From positions 8,312-72,311 of the forward strand of contig CALQYY010000001.1 in the NCBI GenBank assembly GCA_943349075.1: a DNA stretch of 64,000 nucleotides, written 5' to 3'. The position numbers were made by a program, and so were the translations under genes. This DNA comes from Candidatus Magasanikiibacteriota bacterium. GTDB lineage: Bacteria; Patescibacteriota; Patescibacteriia; Magasanikbacterales; 2-02-FULL-50-9b. Below, piece by piece: positions 50,682 to 60,250 of this stretch (its first letter is position 1; each line of letters opens with the position of its first letter). The notes under the pieces were generated by a model that saw only the letters and a list, made by a program, of their open reading frames with translations, searched no databases and was not told the origin of the DNA.

Positions 50682-50719
50682 ATTTTCGGAGTTTGGAAAA
50701 TGGTGTCGACACTATTAAT

Positions 50720-50857
50720 GAGTCTTTGGGCGCTTCCGGGAGACTGCGCACAAGCATTCGCGCGCAACATTATGTTGCGCATCGCGAATGCGCGGAGGAA
50801 CAAGTGAATTTCGCGGTTAAGCGAAATGAGCGGTCTCGCGGAAGCGCCCAAAAACTC
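50720..50857. repeat. 138-nt inverted-repeat-bounded branched element (MITE/REP-like)
   Basis: GAGTCTTTGGGCGCTTCCGGGAGAC vs reverse complement of the right end GAGTTTTTGGGCGCTTCCGCGAGAC (23/25); two internal hairpins. Confidence 0.75.
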
Positions 50858-50886
50858 TTGACAGCCTTTCAAAATTCCGCTAAACT
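50858..50886 (+). promoter_or_regulatory. str operon promoter TTGACA-17-TAAACT
   Basis: consensus spacing, upstream of rpsL. Confidence 0.7.
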
Positions 50887-50965
50887 CTCCCTACATTCCT
50901 TTCAAAACTTATTCTCTCATCTGCGCGCGGCTGGAATGTGAACCGCTGCCAGAGTAACCAGTGCT

Positions 50966-51430
50966 ATGCCTACCATGAGCCAATTGCTCCGTAAGGGGCG
51001 TACGCCGGCGAAGAAGAAGAGCAAGTCTCCTGCAATGCAGTGGACTTTAGATTCTCTCCATCGCCGTCGTCACGAAATTAAAGACGGTGCGCCATTTAAG
51101 CGCGGCGTTTGTACAAAGGTGACAACAATGACACCTAAAAAGCCTAACTCAGCTATCCGTAAAGTAGCTCGTATTCGTTTATCAAACGGTATGGAAGTTA
51201 CTGCCTACATCCCAGGTGAAGGTCACAACTTGCAGGAACACTCAATCGTTATGATTCGTGGTGGTCGTGTTAAGGATCTTCCAGGTGTGCGCTACCATAT
51301 CGTTCGCGGTGTGTTTGATGCACAAGGTGTTGCAGGTCGTCGTCGAAGCCGTTCGATTTACGGTATGAAGAAGCCAAAAACTCCAGCTGTAAAGCCGGTT
51401 GCAAAGGCTAAGAAGGGTAAGAAGAAATAA
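50966..51430 (+). CDS. rpsL: 30S ribosomal protein S12 (Lys-rich C-terminal tail)
   Basis: [23 protein letters not shown]. Confidence 0.98.
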   Translation: MPTMSQLLRKGRTPAKKKSKSPAMQWTLDSLHRRRHEIKDGAPFKRGVCTKVTTMTPKKPNSAIRKVARIRLSNGMEVTAYIPGEGHNLQEHSIVMIRGGRVKDLPGVRYHIVRGVFDAQGVAGRRRSRSIYGMKKPKTPAVKPVAKAKKGKKK

Positions 51431-51431
51431 T

Positions 51432-51899
51432 ATGCGTGGAAAACAAGCTCCAAAGCGTGATATCACGCCAGACCCAATTTACAACAACCCAACTCTTGGT
51501 AAATTCATCAACTTCTTGATGTTCTCAGGTAAAAAGAACACTGCACAGAATATTGTGTATGGTGCTTTTGATATCATCAAAAAGAAAGAGGACAAAGACG
51601 CTCTTGAAATCTTCGAAACTGCACTCAACAACGTTGGGCCTTCAGTTGAAGTAAAGTCAAAGCGTGTTGGTGGTTCAAACTACCAGGTGCCAATCCCAGT
51701 TAAGCCAGAGCGCAAGAATTCACTCGCTATGCGTTGGATTATTGACGCAGCTCGCGCAAAGAAGGGTCGCGCTATGCAGGAAAAACTTGCAGAAGAAATT
51801 ATGCTTGCTGCAAAAGGTGAAGGTGATGCAATGAAAAAGCGTGCAGATGTGCACCGCATGGCAGAATCAAACCGCGCGTTCGCTCACTTCGCTTACTAA
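51432..51899 (+). CDS. rpsG: 30S ribosomal protein S7
   Basis: RVGGSNYQVP, HRMAESNRAFAHF. Confidence 0.98.
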   Translation: MRGKQAPKRDITPDPIYNNPTLGKFINFLMFSGKKNTAQNIVYGAFDIIKKKEDKDALEIFETALNNVGPSVEVKSKRVGGSNYQVPIPVKPERKNSLAMRWIIDAARAKKGRAMQEKLAEEIMLAAKGEGDAMKKRADVHRMAESNRAFAHFAY

Positions 51900-51911
51900 T
51901 CGATCATTTTT

Positions 51912-53990
51912 ATGCCCCGAGATTATTCTCTCTTGCACACACGTAACTTCGGTATTATTGCGCATATTGATGCGGGTAAGACAACTGTTTCAGAACGTAT
52001 TTTGTTCTACACAGGTAAGAAGCATAAAATTGGTGAAGTTCACGAAGGTGAAGCAACCATGGACTGGATGGAACAGGAGCGCGAACGTGGTATTACCATT
52101 ACAGCTGCTGCGACAACATGTTTTTGGAAGGACACTCGCATGAACCTCATCGATACTCCAGGACACATCGACTTTACTGTTGAAGTTAAGCGCTCACTTC
52201 GCGTGCTTGACGGTGCTGCGGTTATTTTCGATGGTGTTGCGGGTGTTGAACCACAGTCAGAAACCAACTGGCGCTACGCTGATGAATTGAACGTTCCACG
52301 TCTCTGTTTCATCAACAAGCTCGACCGTACTGGTGCTGACTTCTATAAGGACGTGAAGTCAATTCATGATCGTTTGACGAAGAATGCAATTCCAATGCAG
52401 CTTCCAATCGGTCAGGAAGGTGGTTTCCGTGGTTTCGTTGACTTGCTTCGCATGAAATCGGAAGTTTACTACGATGAAATGGGAAATGATGTTCGCGAAG
52501 AAGAAGTTCCTGCAGATATGCTTGAAAAAGCAAAAGAATATCGCGCAGTTCTTGTTGAAAAGATTGTTGAAAATGACGAAAGCGCAATGAATCGCTACCT
52601 CGCGGGTGAAGAAATTCCTCTCGATGAGCTCAAGAAAATCATTCGTAAAGCAACAATCGCTGGTACTTTCATCCCAATTTTGTGTGGCAGTGCTTTGAAG
52701 AACAAGGGTGTTCAATTCTTGCTTGACGCAATCGTTGACTATCTCCCAAGTCCTCTCGACGTACCACCAATCGTTGGTCATGATCCAGACGATGAAACTG
52801 TTGAAATTCTCCGCCACGCTGATGACTCAGAACCGTTTACAGCGCTCGCGTTTAAAGTTGCCGCTGATCCATTCGTGGGTAAGCTCACTTTCTTCCGCGT
52901 GTACTCAGGTACTTTGAAGTCAGGTTCATACGCACTCAACTCATCAACAGGTGAAAAAGAGCGCTTTGGACGTATCGTGCGTTTGCATGCAAACACACGT
53001 GAGGACGTAGAAGAAGTTTACGCAGGTGATATCGCAGCTGCTGTTGGTCTCAAATCAACAACAACAGGTAACACTTTGTGCGACCTCGAAAAGACAGTAC
53101 TTCTTGAAAAGATTGTGTTCCCAGAGCCTGTTATCTCGCTCGCTATTGAGCCAAAGACAAAGCAGGATCAGGAAAAGATGGGTATGGCTCTTCAGAAGCT
53201 TGCTGAAGAAGATCCAACATTCCGTGTTCACACCGACGAAGAAACCATGCAGACAATTATTGCTGGTATGGGTGAATTGCATCTCGATATTATCGTAGAT
53301 CGCATGAAGCGCGAATTTAAGGTTGAAGCGAATGTAGGCGCTCCTCAGGTTGCGTTTAAAGAAGCAATTCGTGGCGCAGCAGAAGCAGAAGGTAAATACG
53401 TTAAGCAGTCTGGTGGTCGTGGTCAGTTTGGCCATTGCTGGATTAAAGTTGAGCCAAATGAAGGTGGTAAGGGCTTTGAATTCATTGATGCTGTTAAGGG
53501 TGGTGTAATTCCAAAAGAATATATCGCACCTATCGAAAAAGGTATCAAGGAAACCATGCAGCGTGGTGTTTTGGCTGGCTACCCAATGCTCGACATTATC
53601 GCGACTGTGTACGATGGTTCATACCACGAAGTTGATTCGTCTGAAGCTGCGTTTAAAGTTGCAGGTTCGATGGCGTTCCGTGAAGCATGTACCAAAGCAG
53701 GTCTTATGCTCCTCGAGCCAGTTATGAAAGTTGAGGTACTCACACCAGAATCAAACATGGGTGATGTTATCGGAAACATTTCATCAAAGCGTGGTGTTGT
53801 GCGCGAAATGCGCGACCGCGTTGGCATCAAAGTTGTGGACAGCGAAATTCCACTCGCTTCGATGTTTGGTTACGCAACTGAACTTCGTTCAATGACTCAG
53901 GGCCGTGCATCATACTCAATGGAATTCAGCCACTACGCTGAAGTTCCACGCAATGTTGCAACCGAAGTAATTGAAGGACGCAAGAAATAA
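51912..53990 (+). CDS. fusA: elongation factor G
   Basis: [25 protein letters not shown]. Confidence 0.99.
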   Translation: MPRDYSLLHTRNFGIIAHIDAGKTTVSERILFYTGKKHKIGEVHEGEATMDWMEQERERGITITAAATTCFWKDTRMNLIDTPGHIDFTVEVKRSLRVLDGAAVIFDGVAGVEPQSETNWRYADELNVPRLCFINKLDRTGADFYKDVKSIHDRLTKNAIPMQLPIGQEGGFRGFVDLLRMKSEVYYDEMGNDVREEEVPADMLEKAKEYRAVLVEKIVENDESAMNRYLAGEEIPLDELKKIIRKATIAGTFIPILCGSALKNKGVQFLLDAIVDYLPSPLDVPPIVGHDPDDETVEILRHADDSEPFTALAFKVAADPFVGKLTFFRVYSGTLKSGSYALNSSTGEKERFGRIVRLHANTREDVEEVYAGDIAAAVGLKSTTTGNTLCDLEKTVLLEKIVFPEPVISLAIEPKTKQDQEKMGMALQKLAEEDPTFRVHTDEETMQTIIAGMGELHLDIIVDRMKREFKVEANVGAPQVAFKEAIRGAAEAEGKYVKQSGGRGQFGHCWIKVEPNEGGKGFEFIDAVKGGVIPKEYIAPIEKGIKETMQRGVLAGYPMLDIIATVYDGSYHEVDSSEAAFKVAGSMAFREACTKAGLMLLEPVMKVEVLTPESNMGDVIGNISSKRGVVREMRDRVGIKVVDSEIPLASMFGYATELRSMTQGRASYSMEFSHYAEVPRNVATEVIEGRKK

Positions 53991-54005
53991 AGCGGTTAAA
54001 AGCCG

Positions 54006-54041
54006 GAATATAGAGCCGCCCGAAAGGGCGGTTTTATATTC
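54006..54041 (+). terminator. terminator after fusA
   Basis: gaatatagagccgcc-cgaaag-ggcggttttatattc. Confidence 0.8.
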
Positions 54042-54096
54042 TTCTTGTTTGAATTTTGTGTGTGCGGTACTATGTTTTAGTAGATTTTATATTTTT

Positions 54097-54783
54097 ATGG
54101 ATCATTTGAAATACATGGTGGCATACGCAGAACCTCTCATGAAAAAAGGGGTTTTAGATGTTGGTAGCGGAGAGGGTGATTTTGTTATTGCAGCTGCAGC
54201 AGCAGGTTTTAATGCTGCAGGCATTGAGTTGAATCCAGATAAGGTTGAGATCGCACGAGCAATTCTTGTGCAGAAACGATTAAAAGCGGAAATTCGGGAG
54301 GGTGTTGGAGAAAAAATGCCATTTCCGGATGAAATGTTTGGTTTTGTAAATTGTAGCGAAGTGACAGAACATGTGGAGAACACAGAGGAGGTTTTGAAGG
54401 AGATTTTTAGAGTTTTGATTCCTGGGGGAGTTGCGTATCTAAGTTTTCACAACCGATACGGTTATTTTGATCAGCATTTTAAAATGTTTGGAATTAATTG
54501 GATGCCACGTGCGTGGGCAGATGTTATTTGCCGACGGCAAGAGAAGATCCGTAAATATAACGGAAAGTCGGGGAGACAGCTTTTGGGAGAGATGCATTAT
54601 TTCCGATATAGCCAAATCGTAAAAATGCTTAATTCATTGGGGTTTCGAGTTCAAGATACGCGTGAACTGCGAATTGAGAAAAGGTTTAAAAATTTATTAG
54701 TTAAAAGCCTTGTTTTAGCTATTTACCGCGTGTTTCGGTGCACATTCATCAATACGTTCCATGTGCTTGCAACAAAAGCTTGA
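54097..54783 (+). CDS. class I SAM-dependent methyltransferase between fusA and tuf
   Basis: VLDVGSGEG, EVTEHV..EIFRVLIPGG. Confidence 0.88.
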   Translation: MDHLKYMVAYAEPLMKKGVLDVGSGEGDFVIAAAAAGFNAAGIELNPDKVEIARAILVQKRLKAEIREGVGEKMPFPDEMFGFVNCSEVTEHVENTEEVLKEIFRVLIPGGVAYLSFHNRYGYFDQHFKMFGINWMPRAWADVICRRQEKIRKYNGKSGRQLLGEMHYFRYSQIVKMLNSLGFRVQDTRELRIEKRFKNLLVKSLVLAIYRVFRCTFINTFHVLATKA

Positions 54784-54929
54784 CACGTCCGCTAAGATTA
54801 GCTACAATACCGCCGTATCCTAAATCTGAGCGCGCAAGCAGAACGTTGGAAAAGCAGGAAAGTGGTGTGAGATCATCGTAGATTATCCCCACTTGCAGGT
54901 TTTTCTAAGTTCTGCTATAGTACTGCTCA
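54780..54929 (+). promoter_or_regulatory. tuf promoter (TTGACA-17-TACAAT) and long 5' leader hairpin
   Basis: promoter 54780-54808; agcagaac/gttctgct, ttggaaaa/ttttctaa, aagtgg/ccactt. Confidence 0.65.
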
Positions 54930-54974
54930 CTTTGGAACAACGAAATTTTCTCTTAATTAAGCGAATAACGTCAT

Positions 54975-56165
54975 ATGGCAAAATTCGAACGAACAAAACC
55001 ACACGTTAACGTAGGTACTATTGGCCACGTTGACCACGGAAAGACAACATTGACAGCTGCTATTTTGGCAGTTGCATCAGCTAGCGGTTACGCAGCAACC
55101 CACAAGAAGGTTGACGAAATCGATGGTGCTCCAGAAGAAAAAGCACGTGGAATTACAATTTCAACTGCTCATGTTGAATACGAATCTGCTGCTCGCCACT
55201 ACGCACACGTTGACTGTCCAGGACATGCTGATTATGTGAAGAACATGATCACTGGTGCTGCTCAGATGGATGGTGCTGTACTCGTAGTATCAGCAACTGA
55301 CGGTCCTATGCCTCAGACTCGTGAGCACATCTTGCTCGCTCGTCAGGTTGGTGTACCACACATCGTTGTTTTCCTTAACAAAGTTGACATGGTTTCAGAT
55401 CCAGAACTTATCGACCTCGTTGAAGAGGAAGTTCGCGATCTCTTGAAGAAATACGAGTTCCCTGGCGACACAACTCCTATTATCCGTGGTTCAGCTCTTA
55501 AGGCTCTTGAGAACCCAGGTGACAAAGAAGGTGCTGCAAAGCCTGTTCTTGACCTCCTCGCAGCTCTCGACAGCTTTATCCCAACTCCAGAACGTGCAAC
55601 AGATAAGACTTTCCTCATGCCAGTTGAAGACGTGTTCTCAATTGAAGGCCGTGGAACAGTAGTAACTGGTCGTATCGAACGTGGAATGATCAAGATTAAC
55701 GAAGAAGTTGAAATCGTTGGTCTCGGTGAAACACGCAAAACTGTTGTAACTGGTATCGAAATGTTTAATAAACAGCTCGATGAAGGTATGGCAGGTGACA
55801 ACGCTGGTCTTCTCCTCCGTGGTATCAAGAAGGAAGATGTAGAACGTGGTATGGTTCTTGCAAAAACAGGATCAATCAAGCCACACACTGAATTTACAGC
55901 TTCTGTATACTGCTTGACTAAGGAAGAAGGTGGACGCCACAAGCCATTCTTTAACGGCTACAAACCACAGTTCTACATCCGTACAACAGATGTGACTGGT
56001 GAGGTTGTACTCGCAGAAGGCACAGAAATGGTTATGCCTGGTGACCGCACAGAAATGACAATTAAACTTATTACTCCAGTTGCTATGGAAGACCAGATGC
56101 GCTTCGCTATCCGCGAAGGTGGACGCACGGTTGGTGCAGGTGTTGTAACTAAGATCATCAAGTAA
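54975..56165 (+). CDS. tuf: elongation factor Tu
   Basis: [29 protein letters not shown]. Confidence 0.99.
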   Translation: MAKFERTKPHVNVGTIGHVDHGKTTLTAAILAVASASGYAATHKKVDEIDGAPEEKARGITISTAHVEYESAARHYAHVDCPGHADYVKNMITGAAQMDGAVLVVSATDGPMPQTREHILLARQVGVPHIVVFLNKVDMVSDPELIDLVEEEVRDLLKKYEFPGDTTPIIRGSALKALENPGDKEGAAKPVLDLLAALDSFIPTPERATDKTFLMPVEDVFSIEGRGTVVTGRIERGMIKINEEVEIVGLGETRKTVVTGIEMFNKQLDEGMAGDNAGLLLRGIKKEDVERGMVLAKTGSIKPHTEFTASVYCLTKEEGGRHKPFFNGYKPQFYIRTTDVTGEVVLAEGTEMVMPGDRTEMTIKLITPVAMEDQMRFAIREGGRTVGAGVVTKIIK

Positions 56166-56261
56166 TCGATCGAGTTAGCGAGCCAAAGGAAACTTTGGCT
56201 CGTTGTACTCCACCGATGTGGCGGAGAAAGAAGTTAAGGTATTCACGTTAGTTATACGCAC

Positions 56262-56612
56262 ATGTCTACAGTAATTGCGGAAGAAAAAAAGAAAGTAGAA
56301 GAGGCAGCTGGCCAACGCATTCGTCTTAAAGTTCGTGCGTTCGATCACAAGATTATTGATGCTGCGACTCGCACCATCATTGAGACTGTTGAACGATCAG
56401 GAGCAAAGGTTCGTGGTCCTGTACCACTTCCAACTTTGATTAAAAAGTTTACGGTTAACCGTTCAACTTTTGTACACAAAGATGCTCGCGAACAGTTTGA
56501 GATGCGTACACACGTTCGATTGCTCGACATTCTTGAGCCAACTGCAAAAACAGTTGACTTGCTTATGTCACTCGCGCTTCCTGCAGGCGTGGACGTAGAA
56601 ATTAAAATGTAA
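56262..56612 (+). CDS. rpsJ: 30S ribosomal protein S10
   Basis: [27 protein letters not shown]. Confidence 0.97.
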   Translation: MSTVIAEEKKKVEEAAGQRIRLKVRAFDHKIIDAATRTIIETVERSGAKVRGPVPLPTLIKKFTVNRSTFVHKDAREQFEMRTHVRLLDILEPTAKTVDLLMSLALPAGVDVEIKM

Positions 56613-56769
56613 GACCACGATTTCTTTGGGGGGAGGAAATCAGAAGCTAGCCACGGCACGTCCCATAAGGATACGACCGTAACTGACTTCTGGTTTTTTG
56701 TTACCGAAAGCTCCGCTCAGTGTTAGGTGCTGATGAGCTACAATAACCACGGATAACCACCGATAAGGT
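56613..56769 (+). promoter_or_regulatory. structured rpsJ-rplC spacer (attenuator-like)
   Basis: aaatcagaag...cttctggttttttt hairpin with a competing gatttctt/aggaaatc stem. Confidence 0.45.
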
Positions 56770-57480
56770 ATGAAATTCATTCTTGGAAGAAAACTCGACA
56801 TGACACAGGTGTTCCGCCCAGATGGTGCGGTAATTCCTGTTACTCGTATTCAGGCAGGTCCTATTACTGTTACTCAGATCAAGAAACAAGGAAATGATCA
56901 GGTTGCAGTACAGGTAGGTTTTGAAACTACCGGTAAAACATTAAGCAAAGCGATTCAGGGTCACTTGAGTGGTTTGCCAATGTTCCGCGTACTCAAAGAG
57001 TTCCAGACAACACAGCCAGTTAAGCGCGGTGATGTGATTTTGGCAGATACATTTGTAGCTGGCGAACTCATCAACGTAACTGGTACATCAAAAGGTAAGG
57101 GTTTCGCAGGTGTAGTTAAGCGCCATCATTTCCGTGGTGGTCCTGCTTCTCACGGTCATAAGGACAACTTGCGCGCTCCTGGTTCTATTGGTGCAGGTGG
57201 TGTGCAGCGCGTGTTCAAAGGAATGCGTATGGCAGGTCACATGGGTGATGAGCAGGTAACTGTTCAGAACTTGGAAATCGTTGCAGTAGATACAGAGAAA
57301 AATGAGATTTTGATTAAGGGTGCTGTTCCAGGCGCTCGTAACTCACTCATTGTTTTAAAAACAAATGCAGGCGACCTTGTAGTTAAGGCGGCAGAAGAAG
57401 TTTCTGCTCCTGAGGAAGTTGTTGCAGAAACAGGCACTGACGTCGAAGGTGTTGAAGAGAAGACTGAAGTAATTGCTTAA
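56770..57480 (+). CDS. rplC: 50S ribosomal protein L3
   Basis: GTSKGKGFAGVVKRH, GMRMAGHMG. Confidence 0.98.
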   Translation: MKFILGRKLDMTQVFRPDGAVIPVTRIQAGPITVTQIKKQGNDQVAVQVGFETTGKTLSKAIQGHLSGLPMFRVLKEFQTTQPVKRGDVILADTFVAGELINVTGTSKGKGFAGVVKRHHFRGGPASHGHKDNLRAPGSIGAGGVQRVFKGMRMAGHMGDEQVTVQNLEIVAVDTEKNEILIKGAVPGARNSLIVLKTNAGDLVVKAAEEVSAPEEVVAETGTDVEGVEEKTEVIA

Positions 57481-57481
57481 T

Positions 57482-58120
57482 ATGTCGGTAAATCTTAAGA
57501 CATACAATGTAAAGGGTGAAAAAGTTGGAGAGCTTTCAACTGACAGTCTCTTGTTCAACGAAGAAGTGAAGCCAAGTGTTGTTCATGAAGTTTATACACT
57601 TCTCACATCAAACATGCGTCAGGGAGGTGCTCATACCAAAACTCGCGGCGAAGTTCGCGGTGGTGGTAAGAAGCCTTGGAAACAGAAAGGTACTGGCCGT
57701 GCTCGTCACGGTTCAATCCGATCTCCAATCTGGGTTGGTGGTGGTGTGACTTTTGGTCCACGCAAAGAAAAGAGCTATAAGCGTTCAGTTAACAAGCAGG
57801 TTGCACGTAAGGCACTTCGTATGGTGCTCACAAATCGCGCAGCTGAAGATCACATTTTTGTGATGACTGACTGGAACACCGAAGGTAAAACTAAGGGTTT
57901 TGCAGAGCTTATCAAAGGACTTGGTATTTTGGGCCGCTCAGTGCTTGTAGTTACTCCTGGAAACGGAAAGAACGAAAAAGCATATCTTGCAGCTCGTAAT
58001 ATTGAGCGCGTTGATGTTGTGCCAGCAAATGAAGTAAATATTGCTGAACTTCTTGAGCACATGTATCTCGTAATTAACGAAGACACCATGAAGTCTCTCG
58101 AACAGCTGTTTGTGAAGTAA
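57482..58120 (+). CDS. rplD: 50S ribosomal protein L4
   Basis: TKTRGEVRGGGKKPWKQKGTGRARHGSIRSP. Confidence 0.98.
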   Translation: MSVNLKTYNVKGEKVGELSTDSLLFNEEVKPSVVHEVYTLLTSNMRQGGAHTKTRGEVRGGGKKPWKQKGTGRARHGSIRSPIWVGGGVTFGPRKEKSYKRSVNKQVARKALRMVLTNRAAEDHIFVMTDWNTEGKTKGFAELIKGLGILGRSVLVVTPGNGKNEKAYLAARNIERVDVVPANEVNIAELLEHMYLVINEDTMKSLEQLFVK

Positions 58121-58121
58121 T

Positions 58122-58661
58122 ATGGGAATCTTAAAAAAAGTAAAAGACCTTGCAGGTCTCGAAACAAAAGAAGAACCAAAGAAACCGCGCGCTAAAAAAG
58201 CAGCTGCTTCTTCAGATACTGAAGAAAAGCCAAAGGCAAAGCGTGTTTCAAAGAAGGTTGCTCCAGCTGCAGCGGTGGAAGAGCACAATCATGAAGATCA
58301 CGCAGGTCACGACCACTCACACGAGGAAGGTTCTGTGATTATGCACGCACCTGAATCAGTTCAGGCTGCAATTGGTATAGGTGCTACAAAGTACATCCTC
58401 AAACCACTTGTTACAGAAAAGGGAACATACGCAGCAGAATACAATACTTACTTGTTCGCAGTTCTTCCACACGCTGGAAAGCTCGCTATCAAGCAGGCAA
58501 TTGAAAAGCTCTACGGTGTTACAGTAACTAAGATCCGTACCATGCGCTACGATGGTAAGGTTGTTCGCTCAGGTCGTATCGAAGGTCGTCGATCGAACTT
58601 TAAGAAAGCTTATGTGACGGTTGCAAAAGGCCAGTCGATCACGATTCATAAGGGTGTTTAA
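58122..58661 (+). CDS. rplW: 50S ribosomal protein L23 with Lys- and His-rich N-terminal extension
   Basis: PLVTEK..IKQAIEKLYGV..FKKAYVT; operon position. Confidence 0.93.
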   Translation: MGILKKVKDLAGLETKEEPKKPRAKKAAASSDTEEKPKAKRVSKKVAPAAAVEEHNHEDHAGHDHSHEEGSVIMHAPESVQAAIGIGATKYILKPLVTEKGTYAAEYNTYLFAVLPHAGKLAIKQAIEKLYGVTVTKIRTMRYDGKVVRSGRIEGRRSNFKKAYVTVAKGQSITIHKGV

Positions 58662-58666
58662 ATAAT

Positions 58667-59512
58667 ATGGCAGTAAAGCGATATAAACCAACCACAAACG
58701 CCCGTCGTCAGAGCAGTGTCGACACTTTTTCAGACGTTACAAAGTTTGAACCAGTTAAGTCGCTCACTATCTTCCGCAAATCAACCGGTGGACGTAACAA
58801 TACCGGTAAAATCACTGTTCGCCATCGTGGCGGAGGTGCACGTCGTTACACACGTGTTGTTGACTTTGTAGCAAACAAATTCGACATGCCTGCAACAGTA
58901 ATTGCAATCGAATACGATCCAAATCGTGGTGCACGTCTCGCACTTCTTGAGTACACCGACCTTACAAAAACCTACATGATCGCACCGCAAGGTCTTTCAG
59001 TTGGTGACATTGTCATGTCTTCAAAGGATTTGATTGAATCAAAAACAGGAAACCGCATGCCACTCAAGCACATTCCAACAGGTATCATGGTTCACAATAT
59101 TGAACTTAAGCCTGGACAGGGTGGAAAGATGGTTCGTGGTGCTGGTATGGGAGCTCAGCTCATGGCTATCGAAAATGGCATGGCAACTCTCCGTATGCCA
59201 TCAAGCGAAATCCGCATGGTTCTCGCAGACAGCGCTGCAACAGTTGGTAGCGTTGGAAATTCAGACCATAACCTCATTCGTTGGGGTAAGGCTGGACGTA
59301 CACGTCTCCGCGGTATCCGCCCAACCGTTCGTGGTAAGGTTATGAATCCAGTTGACCATCCACACGGTGGTGGTGAAGGACGTAACCCAATCGGTATGAA
59401 GTTTGCAAAAACTCCATGGGGTAAGCATGCACACGGTGTTAAAACTCGTGATCACAAGAAATACAGCAGCAAATTCATTGTAAGCCGTCGCGCTAACAAG
59501 AAGAAGAAATAA
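58667..59512 (+). CDS. rplB: 50S ribosomal protein L2
   Basis: [13 protein letters not shown]. Confidence 0.99.
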   Translation: MAVKRYKPTTNARRQSSVDTFSDVTKFEPVKSLTIFRKSTGGRNNTGKITVRHRGGGARRYTRVVDFVANKFDMPATVIAIEYDPNRGARLALLEYTDLTKTYMIAPQGLSVGDIVMSSKDLIESKTGNRMPLKHIPTGIMVHNIELKPGQGGKMVRGAGMGAQLMAIENGMATLRMPSSEIRMVLADSAATVGSVGNSDHNLIRWGKAGRTRLRGIRPTVRGKVMNPVDHPHGGGEGRNPIGMKFAKTPWGKHAHGVKTRDHKKYSSKFIVSRRANKKKK

Positions 59513-59517
59513 ACCAT

Positions 59518-59841
59518 ATGTCACGAAGTAGCAAAAAAGGACCATACACAGACGTGAAGCTCATGGAAAAGGTTTCGAAGCTCAAGCCGGGCGACAAAAC
59601 TGTTATCAAAACATGGGCACGTTCAAGCACAATCACACCAGAAATGGTTGGTTTCACCTTTGCCGTGCATAATGGTAAGGATTTTCTTCCTGTATACGTA
59701 ATTGAAAACATGGTAGGACACAAGCTTGGTGAATTTTCACTAACTCGTAAGTTTGTTCGCCATGGTGGTAAGCTCGCTAAGGATGCGGGTCCAGGTGCTA
59801 AGCCAGCTGCAAAACCAGCTGCTGCTCCTAAGAAGAAGTAA
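59518..59841 (+). CDS. rpsS: 30S ribosomal protein S19
   Basis: [19 protein letters not shown]. Confidence 0.98.
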   Translation: MSRSSKKGPYTDVKLMEKVSKLKPGDKTVIKTWARSSTITPEMVGFTFAVHNGKDFLPVYVIENMVGHKLGEFSLTRKFVRHGGKLAKDAGPGAKPAAKPAAAPKKK

Positions 59842-59844
59842 GCT

Positions 59845-60246
59845 ATGAAAACTAAAGCACAAGCAAATACAATCAGAATGTCGGTTCGCAAAGTGCGGCT
59901 CATCATTGATATGGTTCGTGGTTTGAATGCGCTCGAAGCGGTTACTCGCCTTGAGTTTGTTCGTCGCGATGCTGCAGAGCCGGTTGCAAAACTGATCAAA
60001 TCTGCAATTGCAAATGCAGAGCATAACCACAAAGCAGAGCCTGCTAAGTTGTGGATCTCAAGCATTAGCGCAGATAACGCTGGTTTTCTCAAGCGTTTCC
60101 GCCCACGTGCAATGGGTCGTGCAGCTGAAATTCATAAGCACTTAGCGCATGTTAGCCTCGAGCTTTCGGACGAACCAAAAACTGGTCGTGCGTTGGTAAA
60201 GGAAACTAAGACACTTGCGAAGCGCGCTAAAAAGGTAACCAAGTAA
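59845..60246 (+). CDS. rplV: 50S ribosomal protein L22
   Basis: SAIANAEHN, RPRAMGRA. Confidence 0.97.
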   Translation: MKTKAQANTIRMSVRKVRLIIDMVRGLNALEAVTRLEFVRRDAAEPVAKLIKSAIANAEHNHKAEPAKLWISSISADNAGFLKRFRPRAMGRAAEIHKHLAHVSLELSDEPKTGRALVKETKTLAKRAKKVTK

Positions 60247-60250
60247 TCAT

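Noticed and set aside
46680-50690. Integron cassette array
   Set aside because: No IntI integrase in the window, no RYYYAAC/GTTRRRY attC boxes recognised, and the genes carry their own promoters and terminators
50720-50857. tRNA or tmRNA
   Set aside because: No T-loop GTTC, no 7-bp acceptor/CCA geometry; the outer stem is far too long
50222-50941. 239-aa ORF spanning the palindromic element
   Set aside because: An alternate frame in GC-rich sequence that crosses a terminator and the rpsL promoter; Arg/Ser-rich nonsense composition
56172-56210. Terminator after tuf
   Set aside because: Strong hairpin but no U-tract; more likely a stability or processing stem within the tuf-rpsJ transcript
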